Source: a virus
Reading direction: 5' to 3' (one strand)
IMG/VR virus record: IMGVR_UViG_3300013233_000409
Span: 1 to 42,170 of that record
Length of the DNA stretch: 42,170 nucleotides
Under the pieces are notes generated by a model. The model was not told the DNA's origin, searched no databases, and worked only from the letters and a program-made list of their open reading frames with translations. Shown here piece after piece: positions 1-8,969 of the stretch (the stretch's first letter is position 1; every line of letters begins with the position of its first letter). Both the position numbers and the translations under genes were made by a program.

Positions 1-239
1 AGGAGTCTACAGCTAATATTTTCCTTTCTACAAATGCAGTCAAGAAGTCTTCACATTCTGAGGGAAGATCAGATACATCGGATACGTCCGTAAAATCAGG
101 CAATCTCCTAGTATAACTAACTCTTATTTGAGATATGCTTTCTCCTATAGCTCCAGAAGATATGTATATAGTATTATCCTTAGTATAATATCCAGCCTTA
201 GTTATCTGCTCTCTTTCTGATATTCTGTTTATAGGCTCA
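1..239. repeat. Left copy of an exact 239-bp direct terminal repeat (same as 41932..42170); the contig closes into a 41,931-bp circle
   Basis: Base-by-base reading shows 1..239 identical to 41932..42170. The repeat is internal to an ORF. Confidence 0.95.
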
Positions 240-517
240 GCATCTCTACCTGTAGATCTTACAGGATATACTGAGTTGATAGCCCCCCTAGCATAAACGT
301 CGTTAGGTAATTTATAACTAGCTATCCCTGTTGTATAAGGGAATATATAATCTTTTGAAAATATAGCTGTTGAAGGATTTGCAGTGAAGATAACTCTTTG
401 TATCTGCCTTTGAGCAGTATTAAAAAACCTTATTAAATCTATATCTTTATGTCTTGAGTCTATGACATTATTTGTATTATGTCTGACTTCATCCATCAAT
501 TCTTGTAGAGACCTCAT
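1..517 (-). CDS. Head-to-tail adaptor, T7 gp11-like; 5' part of a 214-aa ORF that crosses the contig junction and ends at 41804
   Basis: The ATG at 515-517 shares one base with the stop of 517..966. The frame stays open to base 1 and, via the repeat, matches track ORF 41804..42034, whose 'M' is an internal TTG. The joined product reads MRSLQELMDEVRHN..FNTAQRQIQ..LPSECEDFLTAFVERKI, recalling T7 gp11 (INRQIQ..MPECFRYW) from memory. Confidence 0.7.
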   Translation of the reverse strand, partial: MRSLQELMDEVRHNTNNVIDSRHKDIDLIRFFNTAQRQIQRVIFTANPSTAIFSKDYIFPYTTGIASYKLPNDVYARGAINSVYPVRSTGRDAEPINRISEREQITKAGYYTKDNTIYISSGAIGESISQIRVSYTRRLPDFTDVSDVSDLPSECEDFLTAFVERKILAVDS

Positions 518-966
518 TATGCACCTAAACTCATACTAGCCATTCTGGCCAGAGCTTTATCTATTCTAGCCATCTTGTCTTGGGCTATAATATATTTTTG
601 ATCTTGATTTTTATTATACTCAGCTCTTCTTCTTTTTTCTATTCCACCTATTACAGATAAACCGCCTATCGCCGCTCCTACTATAGGAGATCCAGTCATT
701 AGTCCAGCTTGTATACCCTTAGCCACTCCGCCAGCAGCTCCATTCCCAGCCTGGCTAAAGTCCATTTTAGAATAGTCTATTTTCTTCGCTGGAGTATTAG
801 GTATTGGAGAACTTTGTACGCTGTCTGATGCTGGAGCTCTTTTAACAATTTTTGATTGCTCTAACATTCTTCTAGCCCTTAACTCTCTAGTGTAGTCATT
901 TCCGTTCAACTCAGCTTGTCTTCTAGAAAAGTATCCGTTTTGTGTGTGATCTTGATTTCCTGCCAT
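517..966 (-). CDS. Hypothetical virion or membrane protein with a glycine-zipper segment
   Basis: 149-aa ORF inside the late operon. It has a Gly/Ala-rich hydrophobic stretch (GAAGGVAKGIQAGLMTGSPIVGAAIGGLSVIGGI) and a stop/start overlap with the adaptor gene. Confidence 0.7.
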   Translation of the reverse strand: MAGNQDHTQNGYFSRRQAELNGNDYTRELRARRMLEQSKIVKRAPASDSVQSSPIPNTPAKKIDYSKMDFSQAGNGAAGGVAKGIQAGLMTGSPIVGAAIGGLSVIGGIEKRRRAEYNKNQDQKYIIAQDKMARIDKALARMASMSLGA

Positions 967-974
967 GCTATCTC

Positions 975-1667
975 CTAAAACCCATTATCCGTTAACTCTT
1001 CAAGTATATCATCTTTTAATGAATCAATCGAGCCATCATAAGGTATTAATTCTACTAATCTTCTAACTTTAGCTGGACGCCTTTCTTTTAAAGCGTCATA
1101 TATAGCTTTAAACGATAATATCATAGCATCTACTTCAGCTTCAGTCTTTGCTGCTTCATCATTTTCACCATTAATAAGATCTAATATTTCTTCACATACT
1201 CTTTTCTTCTTAGACCCTTTATCTTTACGTACTCTTTTAATTTCATCTTTTGCTTTTTTAGCTAGATGAGCTGGTAATACTGCCTCTAGTTTAGCTAGTG
1301 TAGCATCATCTCTATCATCTAAAATACGTTTAAGCTCTACTGCACTATTTGGAGTATTAGGCAGTCCAGCTAATTGCTGGATAGAGTGAAAGTCTTGAAG
1401 TTTAGCTATTCTAGCAGTCATATCTTTGACTTTAGCAATATCAGCTAATCTAGCGTCTTCTACTGCTTTAAGCTCAGCCTTATATTTTTTAAACTCAGCC
1501 TTATACTTAGCTAGTGTAGGTTTAGTAAAGCTTCTATGCAGGAATAACTTATCATATCCTACACCTTCCATAGTCATTTGGTCATAGGTTATAGTAGGCA
1601 ACAATCTTTCAGTTAAGAATAAAAAGTAGTTATCTATTTTTAACCCTGCTATTTCTTGTAGTGTCAT
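975..1667 (-). CDS. Hypothetical protein, charged and helical
   Basis: 230-aa ORF tightly packed in the late operon. No motif recognised. Confidence 0.75.
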   Translation of the reverse strand: MTLQEIAGLKIDNYFLFLTERLLPTITYDQMTMEGVGYDKLFLHRSFTKPTLAKYKAEFKKYKAELKAVEDARLADIAKVKDMTARIAKLQDFHSIQQLAGLPNTPNSAVELKRILDDRDDATLAKLEAVLPAHLAKKAKDEIKRVRKDKGSKKKRVCEEILDLINGENDEAAKTEAEVDAMILSFKAIYDALKERRPAKVRRLVELIPYDGSIDSLKDDILEELTDNGF

Positions 1668-1678
1668 ATCTTTATTCC

Positions 1679-1753
1679 TTATTTAACTTCTGTACTTTGA
1701 CCACAAAATACGTAAGCATTAAATGTGAAAAGTAAAACTAATAAATATCTCAT
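1679..1753 (-). CDS. 24-aa signal-peptide or lipoprotein-like mini-ORF (MRYLLVLLFTFNAYVFCGQSTEVK)
   Basis: Below the track cutoff. It has a strong SD (TAGGAGAAACA-ATG) overlapping the fibre gene stop and exactly fills the 1668-1761 gap. The hydrophobic core is followed by Cys. Confidence 0.4.
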   Translation of the reverse strand: MRYLLVLLFTFNAYVFCGQSTEVK

Positions 1754-1761
1754 TGTTTCTC

Positions 1762-4700
1762 CTATTTAATTTTTTCTAATTTGAACAAAAGGTTTACATT
1801 GAATTTTAATGTAGTAGAGAAATTATCTCCCATGTATAACGTGCCACCAGTTGTATTTCTAACACCCCTAAGTTCTATTGTTGTACGTTTAGAAAGTGTT
1901 ATGACTGACTCACCTTTTGATCTCATGCTAGCATTATTAACTCCATCTCCTGCCAAAAAGGGAGAATATGTATCAACCATATCTAAGCTGTCTGTTACAT
2001 TATAAATATATGTTATAAAAGACCCTAACGATGCCACCGAAAAAGTTGATAGAACCCAGCTTACGTTATACGTACCTTTTTCTAAAGTTATCTGATTAGT
2101 ATTTAAACTTAAAAAAGATGTATCCCCAAATAAACTATCAATACTTATCGTTAATGGCGTAGTTCCAACTGCTATCCTTCCAGTTGCTGGTGGATTCCAT
2201 TTAGCTACTGCCACCCTCTTAACAGGTAAAGCACCCATAGCGATAGCGTCTGACGTCCATCCTACGATGGGGATTGACGCAGTAAAAGAATATCTAACGT
2301 CTGCGCCGCTATTCATTCCTAAAAACGCACTTGAAATATCATCCCTTGTCCCTGCTGCATTCTCTACTGAAATATATACACCAGTATTATGTATTGAACT
2401 TACTCTAACTATTCCTAAACTATATCCGTCAGTAGATGAATATATTGATGCTGAACCAACTGCCCCAGCACCCCAATTATCATTAGTTGTATTTAGTTTT
2501 GAAGTATCAATTACTAGTCCTGTAGGTAAATCAAAACTATATATTCCAGCGCCTGATGTACCTATAGTCGTTTGTCTAAAACCATACTGTAACTCCATGT
2601 TTTGACCAACTCTTCTGTATCTTGCAATAGCGTAGTCTACTGTTCCTGTAGTTGGGTTTGTAGTTGCTCCGGTTATGGAAAAGGGAAAGTCAATCCAGTC
2701 AGTCATATTACTTTTAATCGGAGTTATAACGTGTGCGGATTCAGCTTGGGCGGTTACGACTACATATACTGTACCTAATAATGTGCCTGCAACATTAAAC
2801 TTTACATATTCTCCAGATACCAAATTAAGTGTTATTGATGTAGTGGTATCATAGTTTAAACCTGCTTGCTGGCTAGACGCAATTAAACCAGTGCCTCTGA
2901 AAATCCTTAAAGACCTGCCGACTGCTTCCATGTATCCAGATATAGAAAGTGACACTTTACAGTCTTTAGTTGCTGTAAATCGCCCATCGGAGTCTGTGTA
3001 AACCAGAATATTGTCGCCTGTTTCTACTAGATTCGCAGGAGTGCCTAGTCTTATATCTCCTGTTACTGTTGTTAAGTTAGCTACAGACGTAGCTAGTCTG
3101 AACATTTGGCCGTTTACTAAATTCTTATAAACAAAAGGATCATCGCTAAACTCCACATTATCGAATGTAACTGTAGGATGATTAATAGCATCGCTATTCT
3201 CGATATAAAATTGAACCTGATTCATTGTCGATTTAACAAAGAATGGAATATTTACTTTCTCGATTTGAGTAGTGGCAGGTAGAGGTAATCTCTCTAGCTC
3301 TATTGAATTGGTAGAGTCATAAACCACCGCATCACATCCTATACCAGTTGCTTCGTAAGTTAGGGAGACTGAGTTCTCTCGTCCCTTATTTCTATTCTCT
3401 AATTGTACTGTAGCTGTAACCTTGTCTAGTTGTGCTACTGGTATGAATTTGTAGGATTGAGTTCCCTTATGAGGGTTAGCCGCCTCTAGGGCTATTGAGC
3501 CTGAGCCAGAGTTGATAAAATCGCTTGTACCTGATTCAGCGTCTAGCACCTTATATATTGCTGAGCTACCTACTCCACTTGCTTTTGTTAGTGATGTAGG
3601 GATTGCCGTTAATAAAGCACCACTGTTTTGAAAACGTATATAGTATCGGACATAGACGTTCTTTGGACGTGCTTCATTACCCCCAGAAAAAGATGTTGAG
3701 TGTCCATCATATCTACCACCAACTCCCTCTAAGGCTGTTTGTCCTGCCGCAGGAGTGCCTCGGGTAAACAATGCGCCCATAAAGTGATTGTGTGTTTTGT
3801 TTCCGTCAGCTTGACTAGAACCTACTAAGTCTCCAGTATTGCCGCCAACATTTAAAGCTGTTCTAGATAGAGCATCAGGATCAACACCTGATCCATCATT
3901 CTGACCACGAAGAAACATACCTCTTAAATCTGGTACATTAAAATGTGTGGCATCCGCTGATCCGTAAGCAGTACCTATGGCTGCGAATAGCTCTGTATAA
4001 TCAGATCGTAGGTAGCTTGTACCGTCACAATATAGGAAACCTTTAGGGGTTGTTATGTTTGCAAATGGGATTATAGCACCTACCGAGTCTGCTGTTTTAA
4101 CAGGGGTTAATAGGTGTTCGGCTTCGGCTTGGGCTTTTACTGACAACGAAAAGCTGGTATTGTCAGATATAGTTTTGTTTGTAAAAACTTTTAAATAGTC
4201 CCCAACGTTAGCTTTCCACGTAAAGGAACCAAAATTATGAGAGGACGTAGTATTATTATGTATTCTTATTATTGAATCAAGATTATTTAACACGTCTATC
4301 TCGAAATAAGAGCCGCCGCTCGAAGTATACTCGTTTCCTGTAACTATATAATTACCTGCCTTAACAGCAGTTATTTTAGTAAAAGATCCTGTATTATCTA
4401 AAGATATTAAATTACCGCCAGTGTTTTGCTCTATAGTTTTATACTTAACACCCCCAGTAGTACCAGATAGCCAACCAGATAAATATATATTTTCTTCAAT
4501 TAACAAATTCTTATAGACAAAAGGATCGTCATTAAACTCAAGATCATCAAACTTAATTACTGGAATATTACTAGCGTGAGTATTCTCTATTCTAACCTCA
4601 ATATCAGTGGCTGTTGAAGGCACTTGATAAGGTAGATTTAATTTGCTTACAGTTGACGTAACATCAAGTTTAAGTCGTGCTAATTCCGCTGAGTTTGCAA

Positions 4701-5097
4701 CATCAAATATTGCTACCTCTCCACCAATAACGTCCATTTCATAGGTCATTGATAGTGAATTTTCTCTAGATTTTGATCTGTTTGGTAAAGTTATTGTTCT
4801 CTTTACTGAGCCACCTACTGCACTGGCAAAGCTATAACTAGCTGTACCGCTGTGAGGGGCTACTGTTGGGAGAGTAAGTGTACCATTAACTACTGTCCAG
4901 TTAGATACTTGGTCACTGTCGGCGTTGAATAACTTATAGACTGAGCTAGTCTTACTGTTGTTTATTTCAGTAGGAGTCCCATCTATTTCAGTTACCTTTA
5001 ACCCGTTAGGTGTATGTTCTACGGTTTGACCGCCTTTAAATTTAAGTTTAGATTTGAGGATCTTTACAGAATCCCCATTGAATATTGAAGCTGACAT
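1762..5097 (-). CDS. Large tail fibre with a central MdpB/phage tail-collar domain and duplicated flanking modules
   Basis: 1111 aa. The collar signature is TAYGSADATHFNVPDLRGMFLRG...HNH...GGNEARPKNVYVRYYI (about 3631-4086). Two homologous modules of about 150 aa both end in F(D/N)(D/N)(L/V)EF(N/S)DDPFVYKNL. Confidence 0.85.
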   Translation of the reverse strand: MSASIFNGDSVKILKSKLKFKGGQTVEHTPNGLKVTEIDGTPTEINNSKTSSVYKLFNADSDQVSNWTVVNGTLTLPTVAPHSGTASYSFASAVGGSVKRTITLPNRSKSRENSLSMTYEMDVIGGEVAIFDVANSAELARLKLDVTSTVSKLNLPYQVPSTATDIEVRIENTHASNIPVIKFDDLEFNDDPFVYKNLLIEENIYLSGWLSGTTGGVKYKTIEQNTGGNLISLDNTGSFTKITAVKAGNYIVTGNEYTSSGGSYFEIDVLNNLDSIIRIHNNTTSSHNFGSFTWKANVGDYLKVFTNKTISDNTSFSLSVKAQAEAEHLLTPVKTADSVGAIIPFANITTPKGFLYCDGTSYLRSDYTELFAAIGTAYGSADATHFNVPDLRGMFLRGQNDGSGVDPDALSRTALNVGGNTGDLVGSSQADGNKTHNHFMGALFTRGTPAAGQTALEGVGGRYDGHSTSFSGGNEARPKNVYVRYYIRFQNSGALLTAIPTSLTKASGVGSSAIYKVLDAESGTSDFINSGSGSIALEAANPHKGTQSYKFIPVAQLDKVTATVQLENRNKGRENSVSLTYEATGIGCDAVVYDSTNSIELERLPLPATTQIEKVNIPFFVKSTMNQVQFYIENSDAINHPTVTFDNVEFSDDPFVYKNLVNGQMFRLATSVANLTTVTGDIRLGTPANLVETGDNILVYTDSDGRFTATKDCKVSLSISGYMEAVGRSLRIFRGTGLIASSQQAGLNYDTTTSITLNLVSGEYVKFNVAGTLLGTVYVVVTAQAESAHVITPIKSNMTDWIDFPFSITGATTNPTTGTVDYAIARYRRVGQNMELQYGFRQTTIGTSGAGIYSFDLPTGLVIDTSKLNTTNDNWGAGAVGSASIYSSTDGYSLGIVRVSSIHNTGVYISVENAAGTRDDISSAFLGMNSGADVRYSFTASIPIVGWTSDAIAMGALPVKRVAVAKWNPPATGRIAVGTTPLTISIDSLFGDTSFLSLNTNQITLEKGTYNVSWVLSTFSVASLGSFITYIYNVTDSLDMVDTYSPFLAGDGVNNASMRSKGESVITLSKRTTIELRGVRNTTGGTLYMGDNFSTTLKFNVNLLFKLEKIK

Positions 5098-5106
5098 ACG
5101 TTATCC

Positions 5107-6681
5107 TTAGTTTAGGTAATTCATGGCAATTGAGCCAGAGATTATGTTAGCACCTGTTAATGATTTTAATGATACCCTAGTTCCAGCAGGCAAGTCAATC
5201 TCAACAATTCCCCCACCTAGAGGTAGTACCATTTGTAATATTTCTGAACCAATCGCCCCAATATAAAGTCCCATATACTGGCCGATATCTTCAACGATAT
5301 GTATTTTACTGGCTGCTCCAGGAGTAGATGCTATAACTTGTAGAAAAGTAGCTGTTGGAATAGGAGTTACAGCTGTATCAATTAATGGAGTAGTATTTAA
5401 AAATACAGGGCTTAAATTCTTTTGTTTTATAGGGGCTTGATCAGACGCCATTGTTACTGATAAAGAACCTGCCATTAGTCCTTGACCTAAAGTCGAAGGA
5501 AGTTTAGCACTTTGAGCAGCTAAAGTAGTTTCAGTAGCTGCTCCTGTAGGTAAAGGTAAACTAGCTGCACTTACAGGTTGAGTATCTGTTAATTTGGCTA
5601 ATAATCCTAACTTGGTGTCAGCAGCGGCCAATGTAGTTTCAGTAGCTGCTCCTGTAGGTAAAGGTAAACTCGCTGCACTTACAGGTTGAGTATCTGTTAA
5701 TTTAGCTAGTAAAGCTATAGCGGATTGAACCGCAGCTAAAGTAGTTTCAGTTGCTGCTCCTGTAGGTAATGGGCTTGAAGCCATACTTACAGGTTGAGTA
5801 TCAGTCAATTTAGCTAGTAATCCTAACTTAGTGTCGGCAGCGGATAAAGTTGCCTCTGTTGCAGCACCAGTTGGTAGAGGTAAACTAACTGCACTTACAG
5901 GTTGAGTATCGGTTAAATTTGCTTTTAATTGTAATTCTGTCAATAAACTACTTACAGCAGTTAAAACTCCTGCATCATGGGTTAAAGCTTCAAGTGAAGC
6001 ATTTACACCCATCTCATTTACACCATCACCAATTCTAGTTGAGTCGGCTGTAGCCCCTAAATGGCTTAACTGGACATTAATATTTCCTGCGGTGATACTT
6101 ATTGTAGTTCCACCTGCACCAACTATCTCTACTGGCATAGCAGCATTATTAGAAGGAGTGACAGTATCCCTAGTTAGTTCTACCATTGCTCCATCTTTCT
6201 TAAAGTATAATTTACTAGGTAAAGCTAAGGTATTAGCTGGAATAGCTGTATCCTCACTAACATTAGTATCAATCGTATCTCGAAGGAAAGATTGTCTAGC
6301 TGTAGTTATCATTCCACCACTAGCATCTACTGTAGGACTTAAAGCCCTCATCAAATTAAATGTATCTGTTATTGTGGGGGTATTAGGTAAATCTGAACCT
6401 AGTTTAAAAGAGTTTGGATCTATTATTTTAAGGATCGTAGCCTCAATACCAGAATTTAAACCCGTAACAAATCTAATAATATCTCCAACTACTGCTCCAT
6501 GAGCTGTTAGATTGATTATATTTTTATCTGAACCTGCTTCTATTGTTCTTACAAGAGCTACCTTATAAAAACTTTTAGGGAGTACGTCTAAACCTACCTT
6601 ATCCCCTGCTATTTCTGAAACTGTTACATGTTTTCTGTTTGATATCCGTTTACTTGACGGCATCCCTTGTATTGATGACAT
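5107..6681 (-). CDS. Fibre or receptor-binding-type structural protein with four 36-aa tandem repeats
   Basis: 524 aa. The repeat AKLTDTQPVSAASLPLPTGAATETTLAA(A/V)(D/Q).K.GLL occurs four times. The gene lies in the fibre gene block. Confidence 0.75.
   Translation of the reverse strand: MSSIQGMPSSKRISNRKHVTVSEIAGDKVGLDVLPKSFYKVALVRTIEAGSDKNIINLTAHGAVVGDIIRFVTGLNSGIEATILKIIDPNSFKLGSDLPNTPTITDTFNLMRALSPTVDASGGMITTARQSFLRDTIDTNVSEDTAIPANTLALPSKLYFKKDGAMVELTRDTVTPSNNAAMPVEIVGAGGTTISITAGNINVQLSHLGATADSTRIGDGVNEMGVNASLEALTHDAGVLTAVSSLLTELQLKANLTDTQPVSAVSLPLPTGAATEATLSAADTKLGLLAKLTDTQPVSMASSPLPTGAATETTLAAVQSAIALLAKLTDTQPVSAASLPLPTGAATETTLAAADTKLGLLAKLTDTQPVSAASLPLPTGAATETTLAAQSAKLPSTLGQGLMAGSLSVTMASDQAPIKQKNLSPVFLNTTPLIDTAVTPIPTATFLQVIASTPGAASKIHIVEDIGQYMGLYIGAIGSEILQMVLPLGGGIVEIDLPAGTRVSLKSLTGANIISGSIAMNYLN
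5491..5922 (-). repeat. Four tandem 108-bp (36-codon) in-frame repeats inside CDS 5107..6681
   Basis: The nucleotide units are nearly identical, e.g. gtagtttcagtagctgctcctgtaggtaaaggtaaact.gctgcacttacaggttgagtatctgttaattt. Repeats start at residues 254, 290, 326 and 362. Confidence 0.9.
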
Positions 6682-6713
6682 AAATCCTCCACTCCTTTAG
6701 GGTTTCTTTGTGA

Positions 6714-7034
6714 TTAAACTATTCTTTCTTTTACTACAATAGAGCTAGGGAATTGAACTATTCTTCTATCTGCCCCTACGTCTATTAATATTTCCATGCC
6801 TACCGTTCCTGCGGCTAATAATGATGTCTCTACATCAGATATAGTAAACGTACATTTACCTGAAGTAGCTGGAGCAGTTACTGTTCCTACTTTACTAAAT
6901 CTAGATCCATCAGTGTTATCCATTTCTAAGGTTACAGTAGCTCCAGTTAGATCATAAGGATCTGCTGTTGCTGCGTCATCTAATCGGACAGTTATAGTAG
7001 TGTCCTCACCTTTAACTATGTTTACTTTTGCCAT
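6714..7034 (-). CDS. Small beta-rich, Ig-like structural protein (BppU-N-like pattern)
   Basis: 106 aa. The pattern D..DLTGATVTLEM......G.VT....GKCTFTIS......AG is typical of phage Ig-like modules (recalled from memory). The stop overlaps the next gene's start. Confidence 0.6.
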   Translation of the reverse strand: MAKVNIVKGEDTTITVRLDDAATADPYDLTGATVTLEMDNTDGSRFSKVGTVTAPATSGKCTFTISDVETSLLAAGTVGMEILIDVGADRRIVQFPSSIVVKERIV

Positions 7035-7489
7035 TATGCTACTACTCCTGTTATTTCTATATTTGGCTCTATTGTACCAACTATTTCTTTATTTACAATA
7101 GTCCCACTAATGTCTAGAGTTTCTACCGTTCCGAATATATCTGATCTTAGTATATTTAAAGAAGAAACCGCTATATCTAGATTAGCACTTATGATTTCTC
7201 CTATCAAGTCTCTCATATAAATCTCCTGTGAAATTGAATGTATTGAAGATAAAGTTATCCCATCTGATTCCATTACTAGTAATGAAGCTAAAACTATATT
7301 ATTAGTAGGCATGGTTTTAGTGCTTTCAGCATATAGACCGTCCCCTTTATGAAATATTTCAAATCTAGATCCTATTAAAGTTCCAGTTATTGATTTTAGA
7401 TCTACAAATACTCTCTTAGGCTGACTAGCAGCCCCATCCCACAATTGTAGGTTTATATTTAATGTATCTCCTAGCTTTCTAAGTATCAC
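7034..7489 (-). CDS. Hypothetical structural protein
   Basis: 151-aa ORF translationally coupled on both sides. Confidence 0.7.
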   Translation of the reverse strand: MILRKLGDTLNINLQLWDGAASQPKRVFVDLKSITGTLIGSRFEIFHKGDGLYAESTKTMPTNNIVLASLLVMESDGITLSSIHSISQEIYMRDLIGEIISANLDIAVSSLNILRSDIFGTVETLDISGTIVNKEIVGTIEPNIEITGVVA

Positions 7490-7704
7490 TTATCTAACCT
7501 TTCACCCTCATCAAGCTCTATGCTTTTCTCACAATGATCTTTCTCAAATATATCAAGAAACCTACACAATAGGCAACCCCATCGCTTATTCTTTCTCTTA
7601 GCTTTAGCAGCTCGGGAGCTTATCGTTTCATCAGGATAGCCGTTGAATATAGTATTAACTAACTGGTCAATAGATATTAATATCCTCCAGAAATACTTTG
7701 TCAT
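7486..7704 (-). CDS. Small conserved Cys/His protein
   Basis: 72 aa with IDQLVNTIFNGYPDETISSR...WGCLLCRFLD....HC, a pattern I recall as recurrent in phages with unknown function. 4-nt overlaps on both sides. Confidence 0.7.
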   Translation of the reverse strand: MTKYFWRILISIDQLVNTIFNGYPDETISSRAAKAKRKNKRWGCLLCRFLDIFEKDHCEKSIELDEGERLDK

Positions 7705-8186
7705 AATGTCGCTAAAAAGTTTGAAATATCGGTTATAAATTCATCTAAATCTGATTGCGGTATTTCAAGGGTAGGTGTGAATGTTTGGAGGATTGATAGT
7801 ACTGTCGGTAATGCTCTTGCTTTCATTAATTGAACAATCTCAACTAGTGAAGTGTTTACAGCTCTAATCTGAGCCTCGGTGTACCCTCTTTTAATATTCT
7901 TCTTTCCATATTCATCAATTAGCTTGTCAGCGAATTTAGCTATCTTTTTCATATTAATGTCAATTAAAGGGTCAGGGTCGACTATAGGAAGATTACTTAT
8001 CATAGTATCTAGACGTAGAGCTTCGCTGCCTGTTAGAGCATTGTTAAACTCGATTGTTATTTTATCCGCTCCCTCAAGGGAAACTAGTTTTAAATTATTG
8101 CTAAATGGTATGTCCGCGAGCATAGCGTTCTTGATCGTTTTATGATGAAGTGCCTTCGTGTAATTATAAATCATTTCACTCTCCAT
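7701..8186 (-). CDS. Hypothetical protein
   Basis: 161-aa ORF coupled to its neighbours. Confidence 0.7.
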   Translation of the reverse strand: MESEMIYNYTKALHHKTIKNAMLADIPFSNNLKLVSLEGADKITIEFNNALTGSEALRLDTMISNLPIVDPDPLIDINMKKIAKFADKLIDEYGKKNIKRGYTEAQIRAVNTSLVEIVQLMKARALPTVLSILQTFTPTLEIPQSDLDEFITDISNFLATL

Positions 8187-8686
8187 ATCTCAAAGTAAGC
8201 ATTATGTATTGTTACAGTATCAGCTATATCATCGCAATTAGCTTTTAGTTCTAATGTATGTACCCCTTGAATATTATCAAGATAAAGGAATGAGCCAATA
8301 TGGGCAATGTCAAATACATTCTTTGTTTCCATAGTTATATCTGTTGTGTTATGCCTGATAGCGTTGTCATATACTGCAAAATGAGCAGCGTTACCATTAA
8401 CATCGTCATAGCTCCATGAAAAATTGTAACCTACTCTATAAGTTCCAATCGGTAAGTTTGGAGTGACCAAAGTTATGTAGGTAGTCGGAGTCAATGTAGA
8501 TAGCTGCATCTGAACAACGTTTTCGGTGTCCTGTTGTTGGCTTCCAAAAATACTTTGGCCGCCTATTTTAGACTCTAGACCATTTTCGTCTAGCATGTAA
8601 AATCCGTCTGCCTTAGGATAGAATTTGTAGTATCCTACCGCTGGAGATGTCGGCTTTGTTTGCACCGGCTGATTAATCGCTGCCAT
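8171..8686 (-). CDS. Short fibre or receptor-binding tip protein
   Basis: 171 aa. The N-terminal GYYKFYPKADGFYMLDENGLESKIGG motif is common in short phage fibres (from memory), and the C-terminal half is beta-rich. Confidence 0.55.
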   Translation of the reverse strand: MAAINQPVQTKPTSPAVGYYKFYPKADGFYMLDENGLESKIGGQSIFGSQQQDTENVVQMQLSTLTPTTYITLVTPNLPIGTYRVGYNFSWSYDDVNGNAAHFAVYDNAIRHNTTDITMETKNVFDIAHIGSFLYLDNIQGVHTLELKANCDDIADTVTIHNAYFEIWRVK

Positions 8687-8961
8687 TAAATAACTCCTAA
8701 GTTTCCGTTAATTGTTAGTTCTGCGTTTATGTGTAGTTCACCTGTCACTACATAACTCTTGTCAGTAGCTATTATCTTAGATGAACTTATTATATTGTCA
8801 GGTAAAGGATCTCCACCTGTCGAGGCTTCAACAATAGCAGACTGAACGTCATTAGAAGTCCAGCCTGCCACATTAAATTTTACTTCATTTGCAAGTAATT
8901 CCCTAAGTTTATTGAAAACTTTAACACCGTTAACTTCTCCGAATATTATCTTAGGGAACAT
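8686..8961 (-). CDS. Hypothetical small beta-rich structural protein
   Basis: 91-aa ORF whose start abuts the stop of the upstream gene. Confidence 0.65.
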   Translation of the reverse strand: MFPKIIFGEVNGVKVFNKLRELLANEVKFNVAGWTSNDVQSAIVEASTGGDPLPDNIISSSKIIATDKSYVVTGELHINAELTINGNLGVI

Positions 8962-8969
8962 TGTTTACC

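Noticed and set aside
1-239. The 239-bp terminal repeat as a genuine physical direct terminal repeat of the virion DNA
   Set aside because: It lies wholly inside the adaptor coding sequence, and joining the ends simply restores that ORF. This is the pattern expected from assembly of a circular or circularly permuted genome. It cannot be settled without reads.
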